From an uncultured archaeon (lineage in GTDB: Archaea > Nanohalarchaeota > Nanosalinia > Nanosalinales > Nanosalinaceae), in the NCBI GenBank assembly GCA_964421955.1, contig CAYQYU010000002.1, positions 1 through 64,000 of the forward strand: DNA of 64,000 bases. The letters are read 5' to 3'. Position 1 is the first letter of the stretch. Every line of letters starts with the position of its first letter. Made by a program: the position numbers and the translations under genes. Below the pieces are notes generated by a model. That model ran no database searches. It was not told the origin of the DNA and saw nothing but the letters and a program-made list of their open reading frames with translations. Positions 28,839-39,151 of this stretch are shown one piece after another.

Positions 28839-29654
28839 GTGAAGAGGAGCTTCCAAGTGAGAAAATGGCTCAAGATCGCGGGCATTTTACTGGCGGCAAT
28901 CATCGTACTGACAGCTGTAGCGATCGGTATTGTGGTTCTGGTAATATTCTCCATCGGGACGAGTGGCCCGGATCCTGGTTCCTTCATGCACCAGGTCGAG
29001 TACACCGCGGAGTTCAGATTCAACGGTACTTTGAATGACACCGAGATAATTGTTCCCTACCCCGATGATGGAAGGTTCCAGTCCGCAATCAGGGGAAACT
29101 CGGACGCCCGACTGTCGAACGAATTGAACGCATCGCTGTCGATTGTGAATACCTCTCGAGGTGAGATGCTGAAACTTGATGTCGGCGATTTCACGCCCAG
29201 GACTGACAGTGAGAGATTTGAGAGAGAATTCAGGAGGCTGGAGAACAATACGGACCGTGAGATACGCCGCGTGAATGTCACGGGTCTCGCGAAGTACAGC
29301 TCCTACAACCTTTTGGTCCGTTTTGACTACAACAGGTCGCTTGACACCAGGAACGGCCTAACAAACGAGCCTCACCTTGAATCAACCAGCGCGGAGTGCC
29401 GCGGTCCAAGAGAGTCGGGCTGCGCCATGACCGGGGCGTTCCTGAACTACACTGCCTCCAACTCGACGCACATGGAGCTCAGCGTCAGAATCAGCGGCAG
29501 GAACTCCTGGTGGAACTGGGGATGGTCCGGCAACAGCTACAGCCAGCGCTTCTACAACAGCTTCTACGACAACCAGAATTTGGTCGGTTCCCAGAAAGGA
29601 TGGATTACACTCAGAGGAAGAGAAGACCAGGGAGAAGGAAGCTACAGGTATTGA
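28839..29654 (+). CDS. membrane-anchored extracellular (glyco)protein
   Basis: N-terminal TM, many N-x-S/T sequons, C-terminal GRNSWWNWGWSGNSY. Confidence 0.75.
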   Translation: MKRSFQVRKWLKIAGILLAAIIVLTAVAIGIVVLVIFSIGTSGPDPGSFMHQVEYTAEFRFNGTLNDTEIIVPYPDDGRFQSAIRGNSDARLSNELNASLSIVNTSRGEMLKLDVGDFTPRTDSERFEREFRRLENNTDREIRRVNVTGLAKYSSYNLLVRFDYNRSLDTRNGLTNEPHLESTSAECRGPRESGCAMTGAFLNYTASNSTHMELSVRISGRNSWWNWGWSGNSYSQRFYNSFYDNQNLVGSQKGWITLRGREDQGEGSYRY

Positions 29655-29659
29655 GCGCT

Positions 29660-30202
29660 TCACGTGATTCTAAGCGTTTCTCTGTTACCCAACGCAAAAC
29701 CGGTGATATCTTCCACCAGTACTTCCACGTTTTCCTCGAATATCTCTGGAAAAACTTCATGGAGGTGGTCTACTAACTCTGCACTGTACTCAAAATGATA
29801 GGAATCACTGAAAACGGAAAAACTTGTTTCATCTTCGGGAAAACCGGTTGCCTGTTCCCCGCCTGCACAAAAACCCAGGTTCCGTGCGACGCCTTTAACC
29901 ATTACATCCCCGAAGTCCAGGTTGTAGTTGACACAATAGGTTCTCTCAAAGTCCAGTTGCTCGCCCTGGCTTTCAGAGATATAGAGTTCTGATACCGGAA
30001 TATACTTTTCAAAGGTCTCGGCTATCTCCTCCTTGCTCCCGGGGGCAGATGAGTAAAGGGCAAAACCTTCCGGCTCCCAGTAAACAACCACGCAGTTACC
30101 TTCATATTTGAACGTCCCCATGACCGAAACCTCATCGGTGTAAAAACGGTTGACGTTATCTATTGTCTCGAACTCGTCAAGAAGTCTGTCCCTCTCGGCC
30201 AT
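29660..30202 (-). CDS. hypothetical acidic protein
   Basis: 180-aa ORF, TATA-like TTTAAG about 25 bp upstream. Confidence 0.7.
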   Translation of the reverse strand: MAERDRLLDEFETIDNVNRFYTDEVSVMGTFKYEGNCVVVYWEPEGFALYSSAPGSKEEIAETFEKYIPVSELYISESQGEQLDFERTYCVNYNLDFGDVMVKGVARNLGFCAGGEQATGFPEDETSFSVFSDSYHFEYSAELVDHLHEVFPEIFEENVEVLVEDITGFALGNRETLRIT

Positions 30203-30244
30203 GACCTCATCTTCGAACCAAAACTTAAACCAGTCCCGGCCGAT

Positions 30245-30814
30245 CTAGGTTTCCCCCGGAAACTGATTCTTTAAGTAGTGCTGGATAGCATCCTCTTCAA
30301 AGCCCATCAATGCATCATATCTATCGCGGTAGTGCCGGGAGCTGTTGATGTACTTTACCAGATCCCCAATTACCTGATAAACTGCTTCGTCTCTTGCATC
30401 TTCACCTAGAATTGAAGGCAGCACGGTCCTCAAAGGCTCCAGCCAAGCCTAAAATGTTCCTTTACCTTTATTCCTGAGGTACGTCTTCTTGGTCCCTATT
30501 TTCTTGCACTTGTCACATGCCACGTGAAATTTGAGAACCGGATTGTGTTCTTTACCCCAGTTCTCAACCTGCACCACGTGGACTCTTTCCTCACAATCAG
30601 GGCATCGAAAGGAAAATTTGTCGCTGCTGTCCTCGACTACTTCCGGGTCAAATTCTTGAGGCCAGTCACCTTTCACCCGTGTGTAACCGAAATCCTCGTA
30701 GAGGAAATTGCTTACTTCCGGATGGAAAGTGGAGCTTATCTTGACCTCATCACCGAATTCTACATCCGGAAGCAAATTTGCTTCTTCCAGCAGTTCGGTA
30801 GCAGGGTCGCTCAT
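30245..30814 (-). pseudogene. zinc-ribbon protein apparently split by an in-frame TAG at 30449-30451
   Basis: CPDC...CDKC ORF (30449-30814) continues in frame after TAG as AWLEPLRTVLPSILGEDARDE... to 30245. Confidence 0.5.
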
Positions 30815-30823
30815 TTTACTCCC

Positions 30824-33745
30824 TCAGCACTTGCTCCAGCCGCAGCCGGGGCATTTTTTGCAGCCTTCCTGGAGGATGAGCATTCCTCCGCAGTCAGGGC
30901 ATTCTGGTGTGGTGCCGTCCTTGACGATTTCCGCTGCGTCGGCAATTTTCTCCGTTTCGGTCTTGCCGGCCTGTTGTGTCTCGGTTTCGCCCGTGTCGAA
31001 GCTGTCGATGGTGTGCTGCGGGGTGTCGCCGCCTTTCAGGTGGCGTTTCATCGCCTCGGCGATCGCGTCGGGAACTGAATGGATCTGTGTTCCTGAGTCC
31101 CATGCGATCTGTGGCGAGCGGATGTCGTCGAGCTGTTTGATGACGTCTTCCGCGTCCGCGCCCGAACGTAGAGCGAGCGAGATCGTGCGGCCGAGGGCTT
31201 CCGTGAAGGACTGGGTGTAGCCACCCGACTTTCCTACCTGGGTGAACACTTCGAACGGCTCCCCGTTGCTATCGTTGATCGTCACAAACAGGTCGCCGTA
31301 AGCGGTTTCTATCTCCTGGGTCGTCCCGATCACCGTCTTCGGGCGGTCCTGGACTCCCGGCGAATCACCCATCGAGGTGTGTTCGCCGTTGCCCTCGTCG
31401 TCGGCCTCGACTCCTTCCTGTGAAATCTCCTGGTCGAGATCCTGCTCCTGGACCTCTAAGTCAGTGTCTCCGACAACCTCCTCGAACTCGTTGCTTTCTA
31501 TCAGGGCTTCCGCGCCGCCGAATTCGTCCACGACCTCGGAGAGCAGGTCGACCTTGTCCATGTCCGTTAGAGTGTTCTCCTTGTTGGTCTGCATGACCTG
31601 GACATCCCGGGTTCCGTCACGGTACACTGTCATGCCCTTGATGCCCTTGTTGTAGGCGCGCATGTAGACCTCGCGGACCTCCTCTTTCGAAGCCTCGTTC
31701 GGGAAGTTGCAGGTCTTCGAGATGCCGGAGTGGTTGTGTTTCTGGAACGCCGCTTGAATATCAACGTGCTCCTTCGGGCCGACACGGTCAGAGGTCATGA
31801 AGAGCTGCTTCATCGCCGGCGGAAGCACGTCATTTGAAAGGGAGTTCACGCCCTCCCACTCGTTGTTCCGCATCTTTTCCTCGACCTCTTCACGCACCTT
31901 TTCAACGTCGACGTTGTTGGCCTCCAGCGCCTTGATGAAGTAGTCGTCGAACTCGACGAGCATATCCTCGCCCTGGATGTCCTTCGCAACGTTCTTGAAG
32001 TACGCGACCTGGTAGATTGGTTCGCAGCCGCCCGAGGTGTTTCCTATCATTGAAGTGGTTCCGGTTGGCGCGATCGTAACCGTGTTGTGGTTTCTCATCT
32101 CTAGGCCGTCCTCGAACTGCTCCGGGTCATAGCCTCCAGAGTAGTTCTTGAACCATTCCTCGTGTTCAGTTGGGTTGGCCCACTTCGACTTCTCCCATTC
32201 TCCAAAGGTTCCTCGGACTTCCGCAAGTCTATGCGATTCCTCGACGGAGAACTGGGTGATGAGTCTCTGGATTTCCTTGGCCGCTGCCTGTGATTCGTCG
32301 CTTCCGTACCGCATCCCCAGCTGGATCAGCATCTGGGCGAAGCCCATCAGTCCTAGGCCGATCTTTCTCATCTCGCTCACTTTCTCCTCAATCTCCTCCA
32401 GCGGGAAGTCGCTCATCGTCACAACGTTATCTAAAAAGCGGGTGCCGGTCTTCGCGATGCGTTCAAGTTCATCGACCATGATGGCCTCCTGGATGAACTC
32501 CTGCATCGCGATGTCGAGTTCCTCTTCGCTCGAGTACTCGACCTCGTGCTCCTGGCACCACTCGTGGAAGTTGAGTCCAAGGCCGTCTCCCTGGTCTTCA
32601 ACCAGCAGCGAGAGGTTAATGTGGCCGAGGTTGCAGGCCTCATAGTTTTCGAGAGGCTGCTCCGCGCACGGGTTGGTGGCCTCCATCCGGTGCTCCGGGT
32701 GCTTCTCGACGTCGAAGCTGTGTTTGTCATTGGCCTCGTCGTAGACGTAGAAGCCCGGCTCGCCGTTCCTCCAGGCGCCGTCGATAAGGCACTCCCAGAT
32801 GAAGCGGGCGGGAATCTTCATATCCTCTCCCGGCTCAAGTTCTATATCGTATTCTTCTATCTCGTCTCCAAAGGTACTGGCAAAGTCACGCCAGAAGTTG
32901 TCGTCCTTCCCCTGGTCACTTCCGGATGCTTCCGGGTACCAGTCTTCATCGCTGTTGTAGAACTCCGCGGTTTTTCTCGTGACCTCGTGCGTGTCCCCTG
33001 TTGCAGGATTGATCAACTCGTACTCCTCATCGTTCTTGACCGCCTCCATGAAGTCATGTGTTAGACCCACTGAGATGTTGAAATTCGATAAATTGCCCTC
33101 CTTTCTTTTCGATGTTATGAACCTCAGTACGTCAGGGTGGTCGACGCGCATTATTCCCATCTGGGCTCCGCGTCTCTTTCCTCCCTGTTTTATGGTTCCG
33201 CACATCGTGTCGAATACCTGCTGGAAAGTCATCGGTCCCGAGGCGATTCCCCCTGTCGAGGAGACAGGATCGCCCTTTGGACGAAGCAGGTGGAAAGGAT
33301 AGCCGACGCCTCCTCCAGTCTGGAAGATGTTCGCCGCATCATGTACCGCGCCAAATATTGAGTCCATATCATCTTCAGGATGCACCACGAAGCAGGCGGA
33401 AAGCTGCTGCAGTTCTGCGCCTGCGTTCATCAGTGTCGGTGAGTTAGGCATGAATTTCAGGTTGGTCATAAGGTCGTAGAACTGCTGCCATGACTCCCTG
33501 TAGTTGACATCGTCGTACTGCTTGTCCGGCATTGCGACATTCTTCGCGACCCGCTCGAACATTTCTTCAGGTGTCTCGACAACCTCGCCGTCCTCGTCCT
33601 TTAGAAGGTAGCGAGCCGGTAAAATACGTTCGTACGCGTTTTCAGTCAGTCTTTCTTCTACGGTCTCCCCTGTGACGCGCTTCACGGGAAGCTGGAACTC
33701 AGATTTTGAATTAACAGTGTCAGCTTCTGAAACAGTGTTGGTCAT
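30824..33745 (-). CDS. nrdJ: adenosylcobalamin-dependent (class II) ribonucleotide reductase with TSCPD domain and C-terminal zinc ribbon
   Basis: [35 protein letters not shown]; C-terminal CPDC...CPGCGWSKC. Confidence 0.95.
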   Translation of the reverse strand: MTNTVSEADTVNSKSEFQLPVKRVTGETVEERLTENAYERILPARYLLKDEDGEVVETPEEMFERVAKNVAMPDKQYDDVNYRESWQQFYDLMTNLKFMPNSPTLMNAGAELQQLSACFVVHPEDDMDSIFGAVHDAANIFQTGGGVGYPFHLLRPKGDPVSSTGGIASGPMTFQQVFDTMCGTIKQGGKRRGAQMGIMRVDHPDVLRFITSKRKEGNLSNFNISVGLTHDFMEAVKNDEEYELINPATGDTHEVTRKTAEFYNSDEDWYPEASGSDQGKDDNFWRDFASTFGDEIEEYDIELEPGEDMKIPARFIWECLIDGAWRNGEPGFYVYDEANDKHSFDVEKHPEHRMEATNPCAEQPLENYEACNLGHINLSLLVEDQGDGLGLNFHEWCQEHEVEYSSEEELDIAMQEFIQEAIMVDELERIAKTGTRFLDNVVTMSDFPLEEIEEKVSEMRKIGLGLMGFAQMLIQLGMRYGSDESQAAAKEIQRLITQFSVEESHRLAEVRGTFGEWEKSKWANPTEHEEWFKNYSGGYDPEQFEDGLEMRNHNTVTIAPTGTTSMIGNTSGGCEPIYQVAYFKNVAKDIQGEDMLVEFDDYFIKALEANNVDVEKVREEVEEKMRNNEWEGVNSLSNDVLPPAMKQLFMTSDRVGPKEHVDIQAAFQKHNHSGISKTCNFPNEASKEEVREVYMRAYNKGIKGMTVYRDGTRDVQVMQTNKENTLTDMDKVDLLSEVVDEFGGAEALIESNEFEEVVGDTDLEVQEQDLDQEISQEGVEADDEGNGEHTSMGDSPGVQDRPKTVIGTTQEIETAYGDLFVTINDSNGEPFEVFTQVGKSGGYTQSFTEALGRTISLALRSGADAEDVIKQLDDIRSPQIAWDSGTQIHSVPDAIAEAMKRHLKGGDTPQHTIDSFDTGETETQQAGKTETEKIADAAEIVKDGTTPECPDCGGMLILQEGCKKCPGCGWSKC

Positions 33746-33808
33746 ACTTGTTGATCCCCCATGATTATGAAATCGGATTGTGTGTGAACTGAGTGAGTAT
33801 GAATTGAA

Positions 33809-34249
33809 TTATTCATTTTGAAGTGCCTCGACTTCCTTCTGGAATGATTCCGCGTTTTCAAACGAGTCGTACACAGACGCGAACCGGATGTAGGCAACCT
33901 CATCGCGTTTCTGTAACTCCTGCTTGACAAGCTCGCCGATTTCCTCTGTGGTGACTTCTTCCCGGGACAGCACCTGCTTCTTCACAGATTCAACCATCTC
34001 GTTGACCTCTTCCCCGGTGATAGAAGTCTTCTCGACCGCTCTTTCAATTCCGGAGCGGATCTTTTCCTCCTCGAAGTCCTTGACATCGCCCGACCGCTTC
34101 AACACCTTGATATCAAACTTCTCCACCGTTTCGTAGGTGGTGAAACGTCTCTCGCACTCCGGGCACTCCCTGCGCCTCCTTACTTTCTCTCTGGATTCCC
34201 TGGTGTCAACTACCCCGGTCGATCCGTGTTCGCAGTATGGGCATTTCAT
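33809..34249 (-). CDS. nrdR: transcriptional repressor NrdR
   Basis: MKCPYC...RRRRECPEC.RRFTTYE, ATP cone, DEVAYIRFASVY. Confidence 0.97.
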   Translation of the reverse strand: MKCPYCEHGSTGVVDTRESREKVRRRRECPECERRFTTYETVEKFDIKVLKRSGDVKDFEEEKIRSGIERAVEKTSITGEEVNEMVESVKKQVLSREEVTTEEIGELVKQELQKRDEVAYIRFASVYDSFENAESFQKEVEALQNE

Positions 34250-34304
34250 TGGTTACACATTGGATATACCTGACTCTAGTTGTTTTAATGCATTCCTGTG
34301 CTAT

Positions 34305-34353
34305 CCACAACATGTCGGGGAGAAACCTCTCCCTTCCCCCTCATATGTAGTGT
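34305..34353. promoter_or_regulatory. tandem NrdR boxes (34305-34320 and 34338-34353)
   Basis: ccaCaAcATgTcGggg and ccctcAtATgTaGtgt versus consensus acaCwAtATaTwGtgt; 33 bp apart; TATA at about 34383-34389. Confidence 0.7.
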
Positions 34354-34486
34354 CTTCGCATCCCAAATTTACGTTCCTCTACTTATAAACTCTGCCATGT
34401 TGAAGAGGTTCGAACTAACTGAATAGCTGTTACGTACACCATACTTCACACCAATCTATATAGAACTCATTATCGCAAACCGGATT

Positions 34487-35410
34487 ATGGCTGCTCAGGA
34501 AGCTGAAAAATGGTTTACAGTAACGCGGGCAGATGCCGAGGAATGGAAAGTCGGCGCGATAGCAGAGGCCGTAGACCAGAAGATATCAGAACTCGCGGAG
34601 CTCTGGAACCTGGAAACGGAAGAGATCGTGAACGAGCAGAGGCCCCTCCAACTCGAGATCGAGGGCTTCGGGGCCTGGGTCGGCGACGACATAGTATCGG
34701 TTTCAGATCCCGACCTCTATAGAGCTGGGATGTGCGAGGTGTTCGACGATCCTGGGATCATAGAGATGGTAGACATGAACTATCCCGTACCGTTCCACGA
34801 AGTTCTCGAGGAGGCTGGGCAGCTAGTTGGGCAGCGTGCCGATAACGGCTGGGACTACCGACCGTCCCTTGTAGACGGTGCAAGAGACGAGTTCCATGGT
34901 CTTCTTGCGCTTAGGCATACCTGCCCTGACTTCGTTGACAGCTACAGGAGTCTGGTGGAGTCCAACCTCGACACCGTGGTGCAGCTCAACAGCAAAGAGC
35001 AGGAGGACGCGATAATGGAGCTCGCTGGAAGAGAGGTCAACAGGGAAGATATTGTCAAGCTTTACAACAGGGAGCTGGACCAGGAATACGATTTCTCCAG
35101 GCACTCCGACAAGCTGCCGAACGCGTTCAGCACCAGGCTTGCGACAGAAGTGGTGCAGGGAGATATAGGCTTCAGTGAGCTTGACGCCGAGCAGGTGGCC
35201 CGGATGAGGCGCCGGAAGCTGAGGAGAGAATCCGTCCAGGAAAGATCGAACCTTGTCGCCTTCGACCTGGCCGATGGAATGTACGGTCTCGAAACAGGAT
35301 ACCGGCCCGAAGACGCTTTTAACAACGCCCACAATTTCAACTCATGGTTCGAGGAAACGGCCCGCGAGGTCGACAGGGAAATTTGCAACAAGTATGGAAT
35401 TCCTCGATAA
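34487..35410 (+). CDS. hypothetical acidic protein
   Basis: 307-aa ORF; weak zincin-like HEVLEEAGQ...DEFHG. Confidence 0.65.
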   Translation: MAAQEAEKWFTVTRADAEEWKVGAIAEAVDQKISELAELWNLETEEIVNEQRPLQLEIEGFGAWVGDDIVSVSDPDLYRAGMCEVFDDPGIIEMVDMNYPVPFHEVLEEAGQLVGQRADNGWDYRPSLVDGARDEFHGLLALRHTCPDFVDSYRSLVESNLDTVVQLNSKEQEDAIMELAGREVNREDIVKLYNRELDQEYDFSRHSDKLPNAFSTRLATEVVQGDIGFSELDAEQVARMRRRKLRRESVQERSNLVAFDLADGMYGLETGYRPEDAFNNAHNFNSWFEETAREVDREICNKYGIPR

Positions 35411-35465
35411 CCGGAAGACTTTTAAATAGAAGGCATTATTGTTACTATATGGTGACAATTCACTA

Positions 35466-35711
35466 ATGCCTGAGGATTATGACGAGGATTTTGGACTTTC
35501 TGACGCCTCTGAACCCGGTAGAGAATCCGCTGTAGGCGGCGAAGTAACTCTTGACGGTACAGTTGACGAGATGCTGGAGAACGCCGGCATCTCTCAGGAG
35601 AATCAGTACGACAGGTTCCTGTACGGCGAAGACAACGGCTCGGTCAAATCAGCCCTGGGATCGGGATACGTCATGGGTGCGAGACCCGAGGAAGATCCAA
35701 GGTCGTTCTAG
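35466..35711 (+). CDS. hypothetical acidic protein
   Basis: ATG at 35466 with GGTGA SD. Confidence 0.6.
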   Translation: MPEDYDEDFGLSDASEPGRESAVGGEVTLDGTVDEMLENAGISQENQYDRFLYGEDNGSVKSALGSGYVMGARPEEDPRSF

Positions 35712-35761
35712 GGGATAACCCATACCTATTTTTTCAATTTTGGCTATTAAGTGATTATTAC

Positions 35762-37558
35762 ATGACAGAAGAAATCGTTCCGGACACCTCGATTCTTATA
35801 GACGGCAAGCTCTCCGAGCTGGCAGAAAAGGGAGAGATAGACTCGGAAGTCGTGATACCAGAATTCGTTGTTGACGAGCTAGAGAACCAGGCCAACCGTG
35901 GCCTAGAAGTGGGCTACGCCGGCATAGAGGAGATCAAGAAGATCAGGAAGCTTGGTGAGGAAAAAGGCTTCGAGGTGTCCTTCACAGGAAGACGTCCAAC
36001 AGGGGAAGAGATAGAACTTGCCTCCAGCGGTAGAATCGATGCGCTGATAAGAGACGTCGCAGAGGAACGCGGAGCAACTCTTTATACAGGAGATATCGTC
36101 CAGGGCAGGATAGCTGAGGCCAAGGGTATCTACGTCAAGGTGTTCGAGAAGGAGCACGTCGAGAAGTTCCCGCTCGAAGACTACTTTGACGAGGAAACAA
36201 TGAGCGTCCACCTTAAGCAGGGAGGTGTTCCGAAGGCGAAGCGGGGAATGCCCGGGGAGTTCGCGCTTGAGGATATCGGAGACGAAGAAATTACCCGGGA
36301 GGAGATTAACAGGATAATACAGGAGACTATCGAGACCGCGGAAGTATCCGACGAGGGTCTCATAGAACTCGAGAAAGAGGGCGCGACAGTCCTTCAACTC
36401 GGCCGCTACAGGATCGCGATCGCACGACCACCGTTTTCTGAAGCGCCGGAAGTCACCGCGGTGAGGCCGGTCGCAAAGGTCTCGCTAGAGGACTACGATC
36501 TTTCAGAAAAACTGATCGACAGGCTTGACAGGCGAGCAGAAGGAGTACTGATCGCGGGAGCACCAGGACACGGAAAGTCGACTTTTGCCCAGGCGCTTGT
36601 CGAGCACTACGAGAACGAAGGAGAAATTGTGAAGACTATGGAAAAGCCCCGGGACCTTGACGTCGGCCCGGATATTACGCAGTACGCGGAACTCGAAGAA
36701 TCTATGGAGAACACCGGCGACTTTTTACTGCTTGTCAGGCCGGACTACACAGTATACGATGAGGTCCGTAAAACCTCGGACTTCGAGGTCTACAGCGACA
36801 TGAGGATGGCCGGGGTCGGGATGCTCGGGGTTGTCCACGCATCCGAGGGAGTTGACGCAGTCCAGCGGCTGATCGGCCGTGTGGAACTTGGCATGATACC
36901 CCAGATCTGTGACACCGTTATACACATCGAGAACGCCGAGGTCGCGAAGGTCTACAAGCTCGAACTCACAGTGAAGGTTCCCGAGGGAATGACAGAGGAA
37001 GATCTCGCGAGACCTGTTGTACTCATAAGTGAGCTTGATACAGGCAAGCCAGAGTACGAGATCTATACCTACGGGGAGGAAACAGTGGTCATACCGGTCG
37101 ACGGAGAGCAGAGAGCTTCCGGAGCCCAGAGACTCGCGATGGAGCAGCTTGAACACCTGCTAGGCGCAAGGGGTATCGACGACGCGAGCATTGAATTTAT
37201 CTCCGACAACCACATCCGTTTGCTTGTTGAAGAAGACGAAATACCCCATATAATTGGAACAGGCGGGGAACGGATCGAACAGCTCGAGGAAGAGCTTGGT
37301 CTCTCGATAACCGTCGAGCCCAAGAAGGGAACACTGAAGGAGACAGCGGGCTTCGATGTCGAGGAGCGCGGCAACTCGGTGATCATTGAGGTCGGGAAAG
37401 ACATGACTGGAGAGGAAATTGATGTCTACGATGGCGACGAGTTCCTGTTCACCGCGACCGTCGGGAAGAAGGGAGAAGTTTCTGTTACGAAGCAGAGCGA
37501 GCTCGCGTCACGAATTCTCGGTGCCGCGGAATCCGGAAAGCTTGATGTCCGTGTGTGA
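35762..37558 (+). CDS. PINc/VapC-family ATPase with KH domain (PINA)
   Basis: PIN VPDTS, Walker A GAPGHGKST, RPDYTVYDEVR, KH IIGTGG. Confidence 0.93.
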   Translation: MTEEIVPDTSILIDGKLSELAEKGEIDSEVVIPEFVVDELENQANRGLEVGYAGIEEIKKIRKLGEEKGFEVSFTGRRPTGEEIELASSGRIDALIRDVAEERGATLYTGDIVQGRIAEAKGIYVKVFEKEHVEKFPLEDYFDEETMSVHLKQGGVPKAKRGMPGEFALEDIGDEEITREEINRIIQETIETAEVSDEGLIELEKEGATVLQLGRYRIAIARPPFSEAPEVTAVRPVAKVSLEDYDLSEKLIDRLDRRAEGVLIAGAPGHGKSTFAQALVEHYENEGEIVKTMEKPRDLDVGPDITQYAELEESMENTGDFLLLVRPDYTVYDEVRKTSDFEVYSDMRMAGVGMLGVVHASEGVDAVQRLIGRVELGMIPQICDTVIHIENAEVAKVYKLELTVKVPEGMTEEDLARPVVLISELDTGKPEYEIYTYGEETVVIPVDGEQRASGAQRLAMEQLEHLLGARGIDDASIEFISDNHIRLLVEEDEIPHIIGTGGERIEQLEEELGLSITVEPKKGTLKETAGFDVEERGNSVIIEVGKDMTGEEIDVYDGDEFLFTATVGKKGEVSVTKQSELASRILGAAESGKLDVRV

Positions 37559-37596
37559 TCGTTCTTCTTATTAAGCCGGTTTCCAAAATCTAGAGT

Positions 37597-38760
37597 GTGA
37601 GACAGTTACAGATCACGGTTCCCGCGGCTTCAAAGCAGGATGTCGAAGAGGTTCTAAAGGACTACTCCAGCGATATTTCCTCGAAGAACGTGGAGCAGAA
37701 CGGGTCAAACGCGATCGAATTCACCGCCTCAATCGAGTCAGGAGAAGATATTGACAAGCTCTCGGAAGAGCTGAAGGAGGTGGAGAATATTGATTCAGGA
37801 GAACTATCTATACGTGTTCTTGAACAGGAGTCGCTGATCAAGAAAGGGCAGAAGACCAGTGGATCTAACTCATCTCTTTCACACGAGGAGCTCTACACCA
37901 AGGCCCAGGAATCCTCTGGCTTCACAAAGGAGCAGTGGGGGCTGATTGCGGTCTCGTCCGCCATCGCTGCGTACGGCCTTGCGCTCGACAATATAATAGT
38001 TGTTATAGGTGCGATGATGCTCGCGCCGATACTATCGCCTTTTGTCTCCGGCGCGATTTCCATAGTCGTGGGCGACCAGTCGCTGATGAAGAAGTCACTT
38101 TTCGCGGGACTGAAGAGCGTGCTTATCGCGATTGCAGTTTCTTTTGTCGTGATGGTGCCGTTTCCCGTTGACAACAACGCGGTGCTCCAGCTGGTTGCGT
38201 CGCCAGGCATACTCACGATACTGCTCTCCGTTCTTGTTGGAGTGGCCGCCGCGCTTTCATTTGCGACAGGGTTCAGAGACCAGATTGCAGGTGTCGCAGT
38301 CGCCATCGCGCTGGTTCCGCCGCTCGCGGCGACAGGTATCGGACTGAAGATGCAGGACCTCGTGTTCGCGGCCCAGGCGGGATCTGTGGCAACGATCAAC
38401 ATTCTCGCGGTAATTGTCTCGGGTTCACTAACTTTCCGGATGCTCGGGATGAAACCGTCGACCTACTACAGGGAGAAGCAGGCCGAGAGACTGAGGTACG
38501 TTGTTCCAGCTGCATTCCTCCTTATGGCTATACTTGCAGCACCAGTGGCTTACTCATCCTATCAGGGCTACCAGGACTACATCTCCGAGCAGCATGTGAG
38601 AAATGTGGCCTCGGACCATTTCGGTGACAACCTGCTTGAGGTCGAACTGGAAGACAATCACCTGACGGTCCTGGTGCTCGGAGAACACCAGACGCAGGAC
38701 TTCAGGGAGGAACTGCCTGAGCACCTTTCAGTGGAGGTAAAACAGCTCCAAACCGGGTAG
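37597..38760 (+). CDS. TIGR00341/DUF389 membrane protein
   Basis: VIGAMMLAP, GVAVAIALVPPLA. Confidence 0.88.
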   Translation: MRQLQITVPAASKQDVEEVLKDYSSDISSKNVEQNGSNAIEFTASIESGEDIDKLSEELKEVENIDSGELSIRVLEQESLIKKGQKTSGSNSSLSHEELYTKAQESSGFTKEQWGLIAVSSAIAAYGLALDNIIVVIGAMMLAPILSPFVSGAISIVVGDQSLMKKSLFAGLKSVLIAIAVSFVVMVPFPVDNNAVLQLVASPGILTILLSVLVGVAAALSFATGFRDQIAGVAVAIALVPPLAATGIGLKMQDLVFAAQAGSVATINILAVIVSGSLTFRMLGMKPSTYYREKQAERLRYVVPAAFLLMAILAAPVAYSSYQGYQDYISEQHVRNVASDHFGDNLLEVELEDNHLTVLVLGEHQTQDFREELPEHLSVEVKQLQTG

Positions 38761-38791
38761 TTATTTAAAAAAGTAAAGCAAAGGAGTGCAC

Positions 38792-39151
38792 ATGGCAGTT
38801 GGAGAACTTGTGCTGACAATTAACACCGCAGGAACACTTGCGATCGGCTCCATCTGCTTCTTCATAGTTTACACGACTTTCAAGGGCATCGAGGACCAGA
38901 AGATCCAGGAGTTCTCGAAACGTTTCATGATGGCAATTGCCGTCCTGATCCTCTATGTCTCATACCTGATGACCTACGAGGCATTTTTCTCGAACTCGAC
39001 TCTTGCCCGCTACCCTCTTTACCTTATACTGATCGGGGTGTTTGTCTACATGATATATGCTGCCATCGGCTTTGAGCAGGTCGCGGAGGAGTATGGCTTC
39101 TCCGAGAGATCGAAGCTGGACAAGATGGAGCACGAAGAAATGGGTCGCTAG
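38792..39151 (+). CDS. small membrane protein (3 TM)
   Basis: Three hydrophobic segments. Confidence 0.7.
   Translation: MAVGELVLTINTAGTLAIGSICFFIVYTTFKGIEDQKIQEFSKRFMMAIAVLILYVSYLMTYEAFFSNSTLARYPLYLILIGVFVYMIYAAIGFEQVAEEYGFSERSKLDKMEHEEMGR

Noticed and set aside
29660-30814. Three ORFs in one frame separated by two TAG codons, suggesting amber recoding
   Set aside because: TAG terminates many conserved genes here, and the 29660-30202 gene has its own TATA and ATG. Only the first TAG was kept as a finding.
30824-33745. Intein in nrdJ
   Set aside because: No C/S...HN splice junctions or LAGLIDADG motifs; the extra length is explained by small insertions and TSCPD.
34487-35410. Active zinc metalloprotease
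   Set aside because: HEVLE lacks the second His of HExxH; the resemblance is too weak.
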